Of a stretch of 64,000 nucleotides of DNA, positions 42,429 through 52,294 are shown piece after piece. Source of the DNA: an uncultured Planctomycetaceae bacterium (GTDB lineage Bacteria > Planctomycetota > Planctomycetia > Isosphaerales > Isosphaeraceae); NCBI GenBank assembly GCA_963833985.1, contig CAWIAD010000002.1, positions 416,001 to 480,000 on the forward strand, in the 5' to 3' direction. How positions within the stretch are numbered: the first letter of the stretch is position 1; each line of letters opens with the position of its first letter. Below the pieces are notes generated by a model. It was given only the letters and a program-made list of their open reading frames with translations. It made no database searches and had not been told where the DNA came from. The position numbers were made by a program, and so were the translations under genes.

Positions 42429-42761
42429 TCAGGCCGGCACGCCCCCCTCGTCCTCGCCGGCCAGGGCCTGCTGGGCGCCCTTGCGGACGATGCGGATCAG
42501 CCGCCACCGTTTCAGCTTGGAGATCGGCCGGGTCTCCATGATCTCGACCAGATCGCCCAGGTGCGACTCATTGGCCTCGTCATGCACGTGGCAGACGGTC
42601 CGCCGGCGCATCAGCTTGCCGTACTTCGGGTGCGGCACCAGCCGCTCCACCACGACGCGCCGCGTCTTGTTCATCTTGTCTGACGTGACCGTACCGATTT
42701 CCGTCTTGCGGCGGGACCGTAGGGACGTCGCTTCTGTGCTGACTGTACTTTCAGGGCTCAT
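42429..42761 (-). CDS. rpsQ: 30S ribosomal protein S17
   Basis: SDKMNKT, HPKYGK, ETRPISKLKRW. Confidence 0.97.
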   Translation of the reverse strand: MSPESTVSTEATSLRSRRKTEIGTVTSDKMNKTRRVVVERLVPHPKYGKLMRRRTVCHVHDEANESHLGDLVEIMETRPISKLKRWRLIRIVRKGAQQALAGEDEGGVPA

Positions 42762-42825
42762 GGAACTGGCTCACCACCAGGCTGAATCGTTCAAAAGTCT
42801 CAGGGTACCGATGCGCGACACCCGG

Positions 42826-43053
42826 TCACGGGGCAACGGGCGCCGCGACGGCCTCTTGCCGCTCGATCTCACGGAGCCGGAGGATCGTCTTGATCCGGGC
42901 GATCTCACGCTTGGCCTTGACGATCTCGCTGGGCGCTTCGAGCCGCTCGGTTTCGCTTTGCAGCCGGAGCCGGAACAGGTTGTTCTGGACGTCCTTGAGC
43001 AGCAGCTCCAGTTGCTCGTCGGTCTGGTCTCGAAGTTCGGCGGGCTTGCTCAT
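42826..43053 (-). CDS. rpmC: 50S ribosomal protein L29
   Basis: MSKPAELR...LFRLRLQ...KREIARIKT. Confidence 0.95.
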   Translation of the reverse strand: MSKPAELRDQTDEQLELLLKDVQNNLFRLRLQSETERLEAPSEIVKAKREIARIKTILRLREIERQEAVAAPVAP

Positions 43054-43086
43054 TGCAGCGTGTCTCCTGGCGCGGGGCCTCGTCAT

Positions 43087-43506
43087 TCAGATGGTGGGAC
43101 GACGGCCGACGAACCGGCACTTGATCGGCATCTTGTGGGAAACGCGTGCCAGGGTTTCTCGGGCGACCTCCTCGCTCAGTCCGCTGATCTCGAAGAGGAT
43201 CGTCCCCGGCTTGACCACGGCCGCCCAGAACTCGATCTCGCCCTTGCCTTTACCCATGCGGGTCTCGGCGGGAATGGCGGTCACGCTCTTCTGGGGGAAG
43301 ATCCGGATGTAAACCTTGCCGCCCCCCTTGACCATCTGGCTGGCGACCACGCGTCCCGCTTCGATGGTCTGGGCGCTGATCCGCCCGGGTTCGAGCGCCT
43401 GCAACCCGTACTCGCCGAAGGCCACGTAGTTGCCGCGGGTCGCATTACCTCTTACGCGGCCTTTTTGGCTTTTTCGGAACTTGACCCGCTTGGGCATCAA
43501 CGCCAT
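43087..43506 (-). CDS. rplP: 50S ribosomal protein L16
   Basis: [18 protein letters not shown]. Confidence 0.98.
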   Translation of the reverse strand: MALMPKRVKFRKSQKGRVRGNATRGNYVAFGEYGLQALEPGRISAQTIEAGRVVASQMVKGGGKVYIRIFPQKSVTAIPAETRMGKGKGEIEFWAAVVKPGTILFEISGLSEEVARETLARVSHKMPIKCRFVGRRPTI

Positions 43507-44146
43507 CGGCGGCCTCCATCTTTAAATAGTCGCCCTGGTTGACCCATACCTTGATCCCGATATGGCCTTGAGCCGTCTTGGCTTCAGCGAAGCCGTAGTC
43601 GACCTTGGCCCGGAGCGTGGACAGCGGCACCGACCCGGCCGCGGCCGCCTCGGTGCGCGACATCTCGGAGCCGCCCAGCCGCCCCGACAGTTGAATCTTG
43701 ACACCCTTGGCCCCGCCGTCCATGGTCTGCTCGATCGCCCGCTTCATGGTGCGCCGGAAGCTGGACCGCTTTTGCAATTGCTCGGCGATATCCTCGCTGA
43801 TGAGCTGCGCGTCGATCTCCGGCCGGGCCACCTCGACGATCTTGATCTCGATCCGCCGCCCGGTGAGGCTTTGCAGCTCCTCCTGAAGCTTCTCGACCTC
43901 GGCCCCCTTGCGGCCAATGATCACTCCCGGCCGTGCGGTGGAGAGCAGCACGGTCACCGCGTCGCGCGTCCGCTCGATCTCGATCTTGGGGATGCCGGCG
44001 AAGCCGTACTTCTTCTTGATGAACGCGCGAATCTTGAAATCTTCGACGAGCAGGTCGCTGAACTCGTGCTTGGAAGCGTACCAGCGGCTCCGCCAGTCTT
44101 CCATGATTCCCACGCGAAACCCGGTCGGTCGAACCTTCTGGCCCAT
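43445..44146 (-). CDS. rpsC: 30S ribosomal protein S3
   Basis: [35 protein letters not shown]. Confidence 0.97.
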   Translation of the reverse strand: MGQKVRPTGFRVGIMEDWRSRWYASKHEFSDLLVEDFKIRAFIKKKYGFAGIPKIEIERTRDAVTVLLSTARPGVIIGRKGAEVEKLQEELQSLTGRRIEIKIVEVARPEIDAQLISEDIAEQLQKRSSFRRTMKRAIEQTMDGGAKGVKIQLSGRLGGSEMSRTEAAAAGSVPLSTLRAKVDYGFAEAKTAQGHIGIKVWVNQGDYLKMEAADGVDAQAGQVPKKPKRPRKR

Positions 44147-44213
44147 AGAATCACGCCCCTTGAGTGGGTAGGTCTCCCTTGATCTCGATGCTTGGCTTCC
44201 CGCGGCCGGGACC

Positions 44214-44597
44214 TCAGTCTGCCGCCTCGGCCGGTTCCCCGAGCGGCGCCGTCGGGTCCCAGAGCCCGATGGCGATGTGCGAACTGCGGCGCCGGATCAG
44301 GTACGCCATGCCACGCGCCCGCGGCATGAGCCGCTTGAACATCGGGCCGCCATCGCCGCGGGCGTCGCTGACGACCAGGTCGCCCGCATTCCGTACGCCC
44401 TTGTCCTCGGCGTTGGCCATGGCGCTTTTGAGCACCTGTTCGATCATCCGGGCGCCCCGGTGGGGCGTGTACTTCAGAAGGTCCAGGGCGTCGTCGGCGT
44501 ACTTGCCCCGGATCAGATCCAGAAGCGGCCGGACCTTCCGCACCGAGATCCGGGCGAATCGGTGGGTCGCGTGGTACTGTGAAATCGCTGTGGCCAT
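44214..44597 (-). CDS. rplV: 50S ribosomal protein L22
   Basis: RISVRKVR, SAMANA, PRARG..RRSSHI. Confidence 0.97.
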   Translation of the reverse strand: MATAISQYHATHRFARISVRKVRPLLDLIRGKYADDALDLLKYTPHRGARMIEQVLKSAMANAEDKGVRNAGDLVVSDARGDGGPMFKRLMPRARGMAYLIRRRSSHIAIGLWDPTAPLGEPAEAAD

Positions 44598-44619
44598 GAT
44601 CTTCTACCCGTCCGCTCGT

Positions 44620-44901
44620 TTACTTCTTGGACGACTTCGACGCCTTGCCGCCATGCCCCTTGAAGGTCCGGGTGGGCGCGAACTCGCCGAACTTGTGCCC
44701 GACCATGTCTTCGGTCACATACAGCTTCATGAAGATCCGCCCGTTGTGCACGGCGAAGTTCTTGCCCACGAACTCGGGCACGATGGTACTGGCTCGCGCC
44801 CAGGTCTTGATGGGCTCGCGGCTCCCCGAGTTGTCGGCCCGGTAGACCTTTTCGAGGAGCCGCTCGACGACGTAGGGGGGTTTCTTGAGTGAGCGTCCCA
44901 T
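44620..44901 (-). CDS. rpsS: 30S ribosomal protein S19
   Basis: [20 protein letters not shown]. Confidence 0.98.
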   Translation of the reverse strand: MGRSLKKPPYVVERLLEKVYRADNSGSREPIKTWARASTIVPEFVGKNFAVHNGRIFMKLYVTEDMVGHKFGEFAPTRTFKGHGGKASKSSKK

Positions 44902-44953
44902 AGCTTTCCTTGGAAGTTGTCAGTGGTCGGCTGCCGGTGAAACGGAGTGGCCG

Positions 44954-45811
44954 CTAGATCTTCAGTTGCCCGTACCGCACGCTCGTGCGGCGACGGATGA
45001 TGGCCTTGTTCGAGGGTTTGCGGCGACGGCGGGTCTTGCCGCCCTTGGCCAGCACGCCGGAAGGCGAGCGCGGGGTGTGCCCCTTTGAACGGCCCTCACC
45101 ACCACCCATCGGGTGGTCGACGGGGTTCATGGCGGTGCCGCGCACGTGCGGCCGCCGTCCCAGCCAGCGCTTGCGACCCGCCTTGCCCAGGCGGATGTTC
45201 ATGTGGTCGGGATTGCCGACCATGCCGATCGTGGCCCGGCAGGTGGCGGGAATCCGCCGCACTTCTCCCGAGGGGAGCGTGAGCTGCGCCCAGTCGCCCT
45301 CGCGGGCGGTGAGCGTCGCGCCCACCCCGGCCGACCGGCAGAGCTTGCCGCCGCCGCCAGGCTGCATCTCGATATTGTGAATCGACAGGCCCGTGGGGAT
45401 CTTCGCCAGTGGCAGACAGTTGCCCAGCTTGGGCTCGGCGTCGGGCCCGCTGTTGACCGTCATGCCAGCCTTCAGCCCATCAGGCGCCAGGATGTACCGC
45501 TTCGTGCCGTCGGGGTAGACCACCAGAGCGATCCGCGCCGAGCGGTTCGGATCGTACTCGATGTGGGTGACCTCGGCCGGCGTGCCGTCGTGATCGTTGC
45601 GGCGGAAGTCGATGACCCGGTACTTCCGCTTGTGGCCGCCGCCCCGGTGCCGCGCCGTGATCACTCCCTGATTGTTGCGGCCGCCCGACTTCTTGAGCGG
45701 TTCGGTGAGGCCTTTCTCGGGCTTCTTTTCCTTGTCGGTCAGCTCGGCAAAGTCGCTGACCGACGAGTTGCGGCGCCCCGCCGTCGTTGGCTTGTAGGTT
45801 CGAATGCCCAT
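44954..45811 (-). CDS. rplB: 50S ribosomal protein L2
   Basis: [28 protein letters not shown]. Confidence 0.98.
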   Translation of the reverse strand: MGIRTYKPTTAGRRNSSVSDFAELTDKEKKPEKGLTEPLKKSGGRNNQGVITARHRGGGHKRKYRVIDFRRNDHDGTPAEVTHIEYDPNRSARIALVVYPDGTKRYILAPDGLKAGMTVNSGPDAEPKLGNCLPLAKIPTGLSIHNIEMQPGGGGKLCRSAGVGATLTAREGDWAQLTLPSGEVRRIPATCRATIGMVGNPDHMNIRLGKAGRKRWLGRRPHVRGTAMNPVDHPMGGGEGRSKGHTPRSPSGVLAKGGKTRRRRKPSNKAIIRRRTSVRYGQLKI

Positions 45812-45850
45812 GGCTTGGTTCCTGATTCGGTGGCCTGCGACCGGCGCGAC

Positions 45851-46177
45851 TCAATAGAAATCGATCCGGAATTCCTCGTGCAGGGTGACGATCGCCTTCT
45901 TCCAGTTCCGCATCCGTCCCTGCTTGAGTCGGTACCGCCGCTTCTTGCCGCGACGGTTCTGCGTCCGCACATCGAGCACCCGGACGTTGAAGAGGACCTC
46001 GACGGCCGACTTGATCTCGGTCTTCGTGGCCATCGGGTTGACCTCGAAGGTGTAGGCGTTGTGGCGCTCCGAGAGGTGGGTGGCCTTCTCGGTGATCAGG
46101 GGCCGCACCACCACCTGGTAAGGGTCGAGGTGAGGCCCGCTGCGCTGGTACTGGGGAGGCCGGCGTAAAGTGACCAT
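45851..46177 (-). CDS. rplW: 50S ribosomal protein L23
   Basis: PLITEKA, ATKTEIK, WKKAIVTL. Confidence 0.96.
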   Translation of the reverse strand: MVTLRRPPQYQRSGPHLDPYQVVVRPLITEKATHLSERHNAYTFEVNPMATKTEIKSAVEVLFNVRVLDVRTQNRRGKKRRYRLKQGRMRNWKKAIVTLHEEFRIDFY

Positions 46178-46181
46178 CAGA

Positions 46182-46952
46182 TTAGCTCTCCGTGCCGGCG
46201 GCCGCTTCTTCCGCGGCGCCGGTCTCGGTGGTGGATGCGACGGCCGCCGGATGCTCCTGACCCTTCTGCTTCAGCGCCTTGAGCGCCTCGGGGGTGAGCA
46301 CCAGGTAGCGCTGCTTGAGAATGTCGTAGGTGTTGAACTCGCCCACCGGGGCGACCGCGACCCCTTCAATATTGCGGGCGCTGCGGTACAGGACCGGGTC
46401 GTGGCCGGGGATGCCGATGAGCACCGACCGGCCCTGGAGCGTGCGGCTGGCGGCCCTGGTCTTGGTCTCGCCCACGACCTCGGCCGTTTCGGCTTCGGTC
46501 AGGTCGGGCCGGCGGATGGCCTTCAGCGCCCTGGCCACAACCTTCGTTTGAGGCTTTGCCAGGCTCAGCCCGTCCAGGATGATGGCCTGGTTGTCCTGGA
46601 ACTTGGAGAGCAGCGCCATGCGGATCGCTGCCCGGACGGCCTTCTTCGGCATGGCGTACCGGTAGTCGCGGTTGCGCCGCGCGAACGCCGCGCCGCCGCC
46701 CTTGCGCTTGTTGGTCCGCTTGGCACCGGCGCGGGCGTTCCCCGTGCCCTTCTGGCGGAACAGTTTCTTGCCCGAGCCGGCGACGTCGGACCGGCCGCGG
46801 GTATTGACCGTCCCCACGCGCCGCGCCGCGAGGTGCATGAGCACGACGTCATGGAGCAACTGCTTGTTGATCGCACCGCCGAAATCGTCCGGGTCGACCG
46901 TCTCGTGGCCCACCTGCTCGCCGGCGGTGTTGTATACGGGAATGGTCAGCAT
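46182..46952 (-). CDS. rplD: 50S ribosomal protein L4
   Basis: RQKGTGNARAG, GGG, SARNI. Confidence 0.96.
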   Translation of the reverse strand: MLTIPVYNTAGEQVGHETVDPDDFGGAINKQLLHDVVLMHLAARRVGTVNTRGRSDVAGSGKKLFRQKGTGNARAGAKRTNKRKGGGAAFARRNRDYRYAMPKKAVRAAIRMALLSKFQDNQAIILDGLSLAKPQTKVVARALKAIRRPDLTEAETAEVVGETKTRAASRTLQGRSVLIGIPGHDPVLYRSARNIEGVAVAPVGEFNTYDILKQRYLVLTPEALKALKQKGQEHPAAVASTTETGAAEEAAAGTES

Positions 46953-47014
46953 GATCGGGAACCTGTCCGTGAATAGGAGCCGGGGTCGCCCCTCCGACGC
47001 AGTGCGGGAGCCTT

Positions 47015-47647
47015 TTAAACCTTGTTCGTCTGGCGGATGGTGATGTAGCCGCCGGGCGGGCCCGGAACGGCCCCCCTGAGCAGCAGCAAGTTATTGGCCG
47101 GGTCGATCTTCACGACCTCGAGATTGCGCACGGTGGACCGGACATGGCCGTGGTGGCCCGGTTTCCGGACGCCCTTCTGGGTCCGCGCCGGGTCGGCACT
47201 GGGGCCCGACGAACCGGGATGGCGGTGCATCCGCTTCACACCGTGGGTGGCCCGGAGGCCGCGGAAGCCATGCCGCTTCATGACGCCGGCGAAGCCACGC
47301 CCCTTGCTCGTGCCGGTGACGTCCACCCGCTTGATCTCGGCAAAGACATCGACCGTCAGGGTTTGCCCCTCGGCCAACTCGGCCGGTGTGTTCTGCCGCA
47401 ACTCCCGCACGTAGCGTTTCGGTTCCGCGTTCACCTTGCGGGCGTGGCCACGCTCCGCCTGCGTGGCGTTTTTCCGCTTCTTGTCGTCGAAACCGAGCTG
47501 AATCGCGTGGTAACCGTCACGCTCCTCGGTCCGCACCAGGAGCACGGTGCACGGACCGCACTCCAGGACCGTGACCGGCACCGAGGTGCCGTCTTCCTGG
47601 TAGATCTGGGTCATGCCGACCTTGCGCCCCAGCAGTCCCACTTGCAT
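47015..47647 (-). CDS. rplC: 50S ribosomal protein L3
   Basis: GLLGRKVGMTQ, SKGRGFAGVMKRH, GAVPG. Confidence 0.97.
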   Translation of the reverse strand: MQVGLLGRKVGMTQIYQEDGTSVPVTVLECGPCTVLLVRTEERDGYHAIQLGFDDKKRKNATQAERGHARKVNAEPKRYVRELRQNTPAELAEGQTLTVDVFAEIKRVDVTGTSKGRGFAGVMKRHGFRGLRATHGVKRMHRHPGSSGPSADPARTQKGVRKPGHHGHVRSTVRNLEVVKIDPANNLLLLRGAVPGPPGGYITIRQTNKV

Positions 47648-47948
47648 TGTCTTGCTCCGTTGCCTTCCGCTACATCCCGCCTCGCCGGCGCGGCTCGCCA
47701 TGGCAGGAACGCCGCGAGATGCGGGCTCTCGGGTCGGAATCACCTGGGTACAGGTCAGGTTTCAACGCGGGTCGCGGCCAGGCATTTCAGCGACCCCGGC
47801 GCCGGGGCTGTCTCTCGGTGAGCCATCGCGGGCTCTACCGATTGAGGCGTCCGACGCAACCGAACGACACGCACACCGTGCGGTGTGCGAGGTTCAGGAA
47901 ACCCAGTGACCTGCTGGCGCTTGCCGGGACAGCAGCGAGGATAGCCGA

Positions 47949-48281
47949 TCAGGCTCCCGACTGCGAAGCCTTGATCTTGATGTCCACGCCGGCCGGCAAG
48001 CTCAGCTTGTTGAGGGCGTCAATCGTCTTGTTGGTTGGCTGAACGATGTCGATCAGCCGCTTGTGGGTCCGGATCTCAAACTGCTCCCGCGACTTCTTGT
48101 CGATGTGCGGGCTCCGGAGCACCGTGTAGCGTTCAATCCGCGTGGGAAGCGGAATCGGCCCGTGGACAATCGCCTCGGTTCGCTTGGCGGTATCAACAAT
48201 GTCTTTCGCCGACTGGTCCAGGATGGTGTGGTCGTAGGCCTCCATCCGGATCCGAATGCGCTCGTTACTGACACCAGCCAC
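47949..48281 (-). CDS. rpsJ: 30S ribosomal protein S10
   Basis: [34 protein letters not shown] start inferred. Confidence 0.97.
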   Translation of the reverse strand: MAGVSNERIRIRMEAYDHTILDQSAKDIVDTAKRTEAIVHGPIPLPTRIERYTVLRSPHIDKKSREQFEIRTHKRLIDIVQPTNKTIDALNKLSLPAGVDIKIKASQSGA

Positions 48282-48369
48282 CAAGGTCTGTCCTTCCGAT
48301 TCCTGGTCCCAACCACTTCGAGGGTGAGCCAGGGCCCACCTTACCTCGCACACCACGCAGGAAAGAAAA

Positions 48370-48398
48370 AGTGTATCAGGAGGCGCAAAACCCGTCAA
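48370..48398 (-). promoter_or_regulatory. Putative sigma70 promoter of the S10 operon
   Basis: Minus strand TTGACG-N17-TACACT, about 90 bp upstream of rpsJ. Confidence 0.7.
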
Positions 48399-48777
48399 CG
48401 CGGCTGCCACGAGTTTTTCCCGATTTCTTTCAGGCGGCTCGCTCCGCGGCACCCTTCCCCTGGACCAGCAGCCATCAGGGCGTGGGATCTACCCCTGCGG
48501 AGGCCCAATTCCCCCCGAAAAATCGCCGCCGGGCGCCTCAGCCTCCCCTCAACCCTCAATACCCTGTTCCTCTCAGTCTCTTTTTTTGAAAAAATCATGC
48601 TCGCTCCCGCCACACCAATCCGTTTGTAATCTTGCCAGGTGTATCTTGGGAGAGCGGCCAGTGCACCGGCAAGCCCGACCCCGGCAGGGAATGCCCTCAA
48701 CCCCAGGGATGATCGCGGCAATGACGCCAGGTCGAGAGCGCGGCCCAGAGAACCAACGATAACCTACCAGGTGAATG

Positions 48778-51442
48778 ATGAGCACTCAAAGACGAGAGAT
48801 TCGTATACGGCGAGCCCGAGGCCGGGTCCTCCTGCTTGAGCCGCTGGAAGACCGCCAGTTGCTCGCAGCGACGGCCGAGGCGTTCACCGGACCGTCGCTG
48901 TCCGGATTGATCACACAGGCCGAACAGGGCAAGAACACCTCGAAAGAGGTGATCAAGACCATGCTCAGTGCCCTCCAGACACAGCTCACCAACGGACCGC
49001 TTGCCGATCTCAACAATGGCTCGGTCAATGGCGACGGCTTCGTGGCCGAGTCCGAGAGCCTGGTCGGCAGCTTCAACCAGAACGTGGACCAGCAGCTCCT
49101 GCCGCGCTTCCCCCATATCGACAACATGCTCAAGCTCGAAGGACTCCAGGTGGTGGCCAACCTGGTCTCGCTGAACCAGCAGAGCACCGTCGGACTCATC
49201 TCCGCCAATGTCTTGCCCACCCAGGCGGGAGCGGCCATCAACACCCTGACCCAGGGACCGATCTACTCGCTCAACACGCCCTTCAGCGCCTACGTCACCA
49301 CCACCCAGACCTTTGAGACGGACCTCGGGGCGCTGGCCAGTACGCTCAGTTCCACGGCCTCCACTCCGCTGGCTCTGAGCGATGTCAACACCACGCTCCA
49401 GGCAGGAGCCGAGGCCTACCGCGCGCTCATGAACGCCGGGCTTCAAGTGACCCACACCGGCCTCGACACCACCGTCAATGCGGCCATCACCACGCTCGAG
49501 AGCACCGTCAACTCGATCGCGGCCGCGAACAACGCTTCGGCCCAGGCCGACATCCATCAGCGCCATCGCCGCGTTCGACTCGGAGATCCTCGACACCACG
49601 GGTCTCTTCGGCGTCAACGGCCCGGTGGCACAGAAGAACTCCAGCCTGGGCTATATTCCTCATCAGCTCGTCGGAACCCAGGCGGCGACCACGATCACCG
49701 CGTCCGGCACGGCGGTTGCCGGCGCCACGGCCACGCTTACGGCCACCCTCCAGACCGCCAGCGGCACTCCCCTGGTCGGCAAGGTCCTCAGCTTCACACT
49801 CGACGGTGCCTTCGCCGGCAACGCGATCACCGACGGCACCGGCGCGGCAACCTTGACCGGCGTATTCACGAGCAATCCCGCAGGCACCGATAGCGCCGGC
49901 ATCGTTGTCAGCTTCGCCGGTGACAGCACGAACCTGCTGAGCGCGGGGACAGGCGATCTGGTGGTCACTCAGGACAGCACCACGACCACGCTGACCTCGA
50001 GCGCCAATCCCAGCGCCACGGGTTCCTCGGTGACCTTCACCGCGACGGTCGCTCCGGTCACGGGCACGGGCACGCCAACCGGCACGGTCACCTTCATGGA
50101 CGGCACCACCACGCTCGGCACCGGCACGCTCAGCAGCACCGGGACCGCCACCTTCAGCACCAGCACCCTGACCACCGGCACGCACTCGATCACGGCGGTG
50201 TATGGCGGCGATACGAATTTCACCTCCAGCACCTCCACGGCGCTCTCTCAGCTGGTTAACCAGGCAAGCTCGACCACGCTCATCTCGAGCACGAACCCGA
50301 GCGTGTTCGGCCAGTCCGTCACCTACACGGCCACCGTCGCTCCGTCGTCCGGCACGGGTACACCCACCGGCTCTGTCACCTTCATGAACGGCACAACTTC
50401 GCTCGGCACCGGTACACTCAACAGCTCCGGACAGGCCACGTTCAACACCAGCAGCCTCGCGGTCGGCACCCAGTCGATCACCGCCGTCTACGGCGGCGAC
50501 ACGACGTTCGCCAAGAGCACCTCGACGGCCGTTTCCCAGGTCATCAATCAGTCGACGACCACGACGACACTGAGCCCGAGCGTCAACCCCAGCGTGTTCG
50601 GCCAGCCGGTGACCTTCACGGCCACCGTGGCGGCAGCCTCGCCCGGAGCCGGCACACCTACGGGCACCGTGACCTTCATGAACGGCACCACCACGCTCGG
50701 CACCGGCACACTCAGCGCCAGCGGAGTGGCCACGTTCAGCACGGGCAGCCTGGCGGTTGGCACCCAGTCGATCACCGCTGTTTACGGCGGCGACACCAAC
50801 TTCAAGACCAGCACCTCCACAGCCGTCTCGCAGGTGATCAACCAGGCAAGCTCGACGACCGCTCTGACCTCCAGCTCCAACCCCAGCTCGTTCGGCCAGC
50901 CTGTGACCTTCACGGCCACGGTTGGTCCGGTGTCGCCTGGTGTGGGCGTGCCCACGGGTACGGTCAACTTCCTGAACGGCACGACCACGCTCGGCACCGG
51001 CACACTCAACGCCTCGGGCGTGGCCACCTTCGCCACCAGCATCCTGCCCGCGGGCACGCAGTCGATCTCGGCCGTTTACGCGGGCGACACCAACTTCAAG
51101 ACCAGCACCTCGACGGTCGTCTCCCAGGTGGTCAACCTGGCCGCGACGACCCTCGGCAGCGTCTCCGGCACTGGCAGCAGCACCACCGGCGGCACCGCCA
51201 CCCTGGTGGCCACGCTCACCTCGTCAGTGACTCACGCAGGCGTGTCGGGCGAGACGATCAGCTTCCTGGTGGGCACCAGCACCACGCCCGTGGGCACGGC
51301 AGCCACCAACAGTAGTGGCGTGGCCAGCATCACCATCCCCAACACCGGCCTGACCAGCGGCGAGACCGTGACCGCCGAGTACACTGGCAGCTCGAATTAC
51401 CAGGCCGCAGCCAACGCGACCGGAACGCTCACGCTGAGCTGA
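48778..51442 (+). CDS. Secreted Thr-rich Ig-like (Big_3-type) repeat protein, frameshift near 49550
   Basis: LEPLEDRQLLA planctomycete signal; repeats NPS.FGQ.VTFTATV...GTPTGTVTF...ITAVYGGD; ORFs 48775-49893 and 49478-51442 join. Confidence 0.85.
49975..51137 (+). repeat. Four tandem ~290-bp intragenic Ig-domain repeats
   Basis: Recurrent ACCTTCATGAACGGCACCACCACGCTCGGCACCGGCAC and GGCGACACCAACTTC-like blocks. Confidence 0.85.
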
Positions 51443-51477
51443 TGCCGTGACGATCGGTCACGCTCAGATCGGGGCGC

Positions 51478-51535
51478 AAAAAACAACGAGGGCGGGGAGC
51501 TCTGCAACGGCTTCTCCGCCCTCGTTCTTTTCTTT
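51478..51535. terminator. Bidirectional intrinsic terminator
   Basis: Stem AACGAGGGCGGGGAGC / GCTTCTCCGCCCTCGTT, flanked by an A-run on the left and CTTTTCTTT on the right, between convergent genes. Confidence 0.8.
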
Positions 51536-51562
51536 CGATCGCGGCCAGGACGTACCGCGGCC

Positions 51563-52186
51563 TCATACGGTCGCAGCCGCGGTGGGCTCGATGTCGACGT
51601 CTCCAAAAAGCTCGCTGAGCGACAGCCGAAAGCCGGGAATGAGCTCTCCGCCGTCCAGCTCAGCGGGCTCCGCGAGGATCTGAACCTGGGTCAGCGCCGT
51701 GTAGGCATACACCTGTCGCGAGACCCGATAAATCACCCAGACTTGCTGGACACCGGCCCGGAAATAGTCGACGAGCTTGGCGTTGATCTCGTTGGCGCTG
51801 TTGGACTCGCTGACGACCTCAACGGCGAGATCGGGAACCATATCCCAGGCTTCGCCGTCAGGTATTCTCCTGCGCACAGGCCACTTTCTTGACGAGACGA
51901 AGGCCAGGTCGGGACGCCGCTTCAAACCACGCGCTGCATCCAGCAAGAAGAGAAGTTCTACCAGGACCTTGCCACGTTGCTGGGACTGAACAATCTGGTT
52001 CATCGCGAAGGCGATCAGCGAGGCGAGCTCGCATTCGGATGCACCCATCGGCGGCGTCTCCACAACATTTCCGTCAACGACTTCGTACAGGCGATCCGAA
52101 GCGACGGTCTGGCCCTGTGAAACCGCGGGTGCGGCGGGGTCGCTGGTCGTGGCTGGCGGGCGCGGGGCGGACACGAGGCCGGTCAT
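51563..52186 (-). CDS. Uma2 (DUF820) family putative endonuclease
   Basis: YEVVDG, RRPDLAFVS, PDLAVEVVSESN, YFRAGVQQVWVI, IPGFRLSL. Confidence 0.92.
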   Translation of the reverse strand: MTGLVSAPRPPATTSDPAAPAVSQGQTVASDRLYEVVDGNVVETPPMGASECELASLIAFAMNQIVQSQQRGKVLVELLFLLDAARGLKRRPDLAFVSSRKWPVRRRIPDGEAWDMVPDLAVEVVSESNSANEINAKLVDYFRAGVQQVWVIYRVSRQVYAYTALTQVQILAEPAELDGGELIPGFRLSLSELFGDVDIEPTAAATV

Positions 52187-52294
52187 GGTCGATGGGCTCC
52201 CACGTCATGCGAATCGCGGTCAAGTTCGATGTTCCGCTTCGACAGGATCCTCGAAACCGATTCACGATCCATCAAGGCATCTCGCCGAACAAGT

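Noticed and set aside
49975..51137. CRISPR-like or non-coding repeat array
   Set aside because: The repeats are ~290 bp, degenerate and in frame, and encode Ig domains; no cas genes are present.
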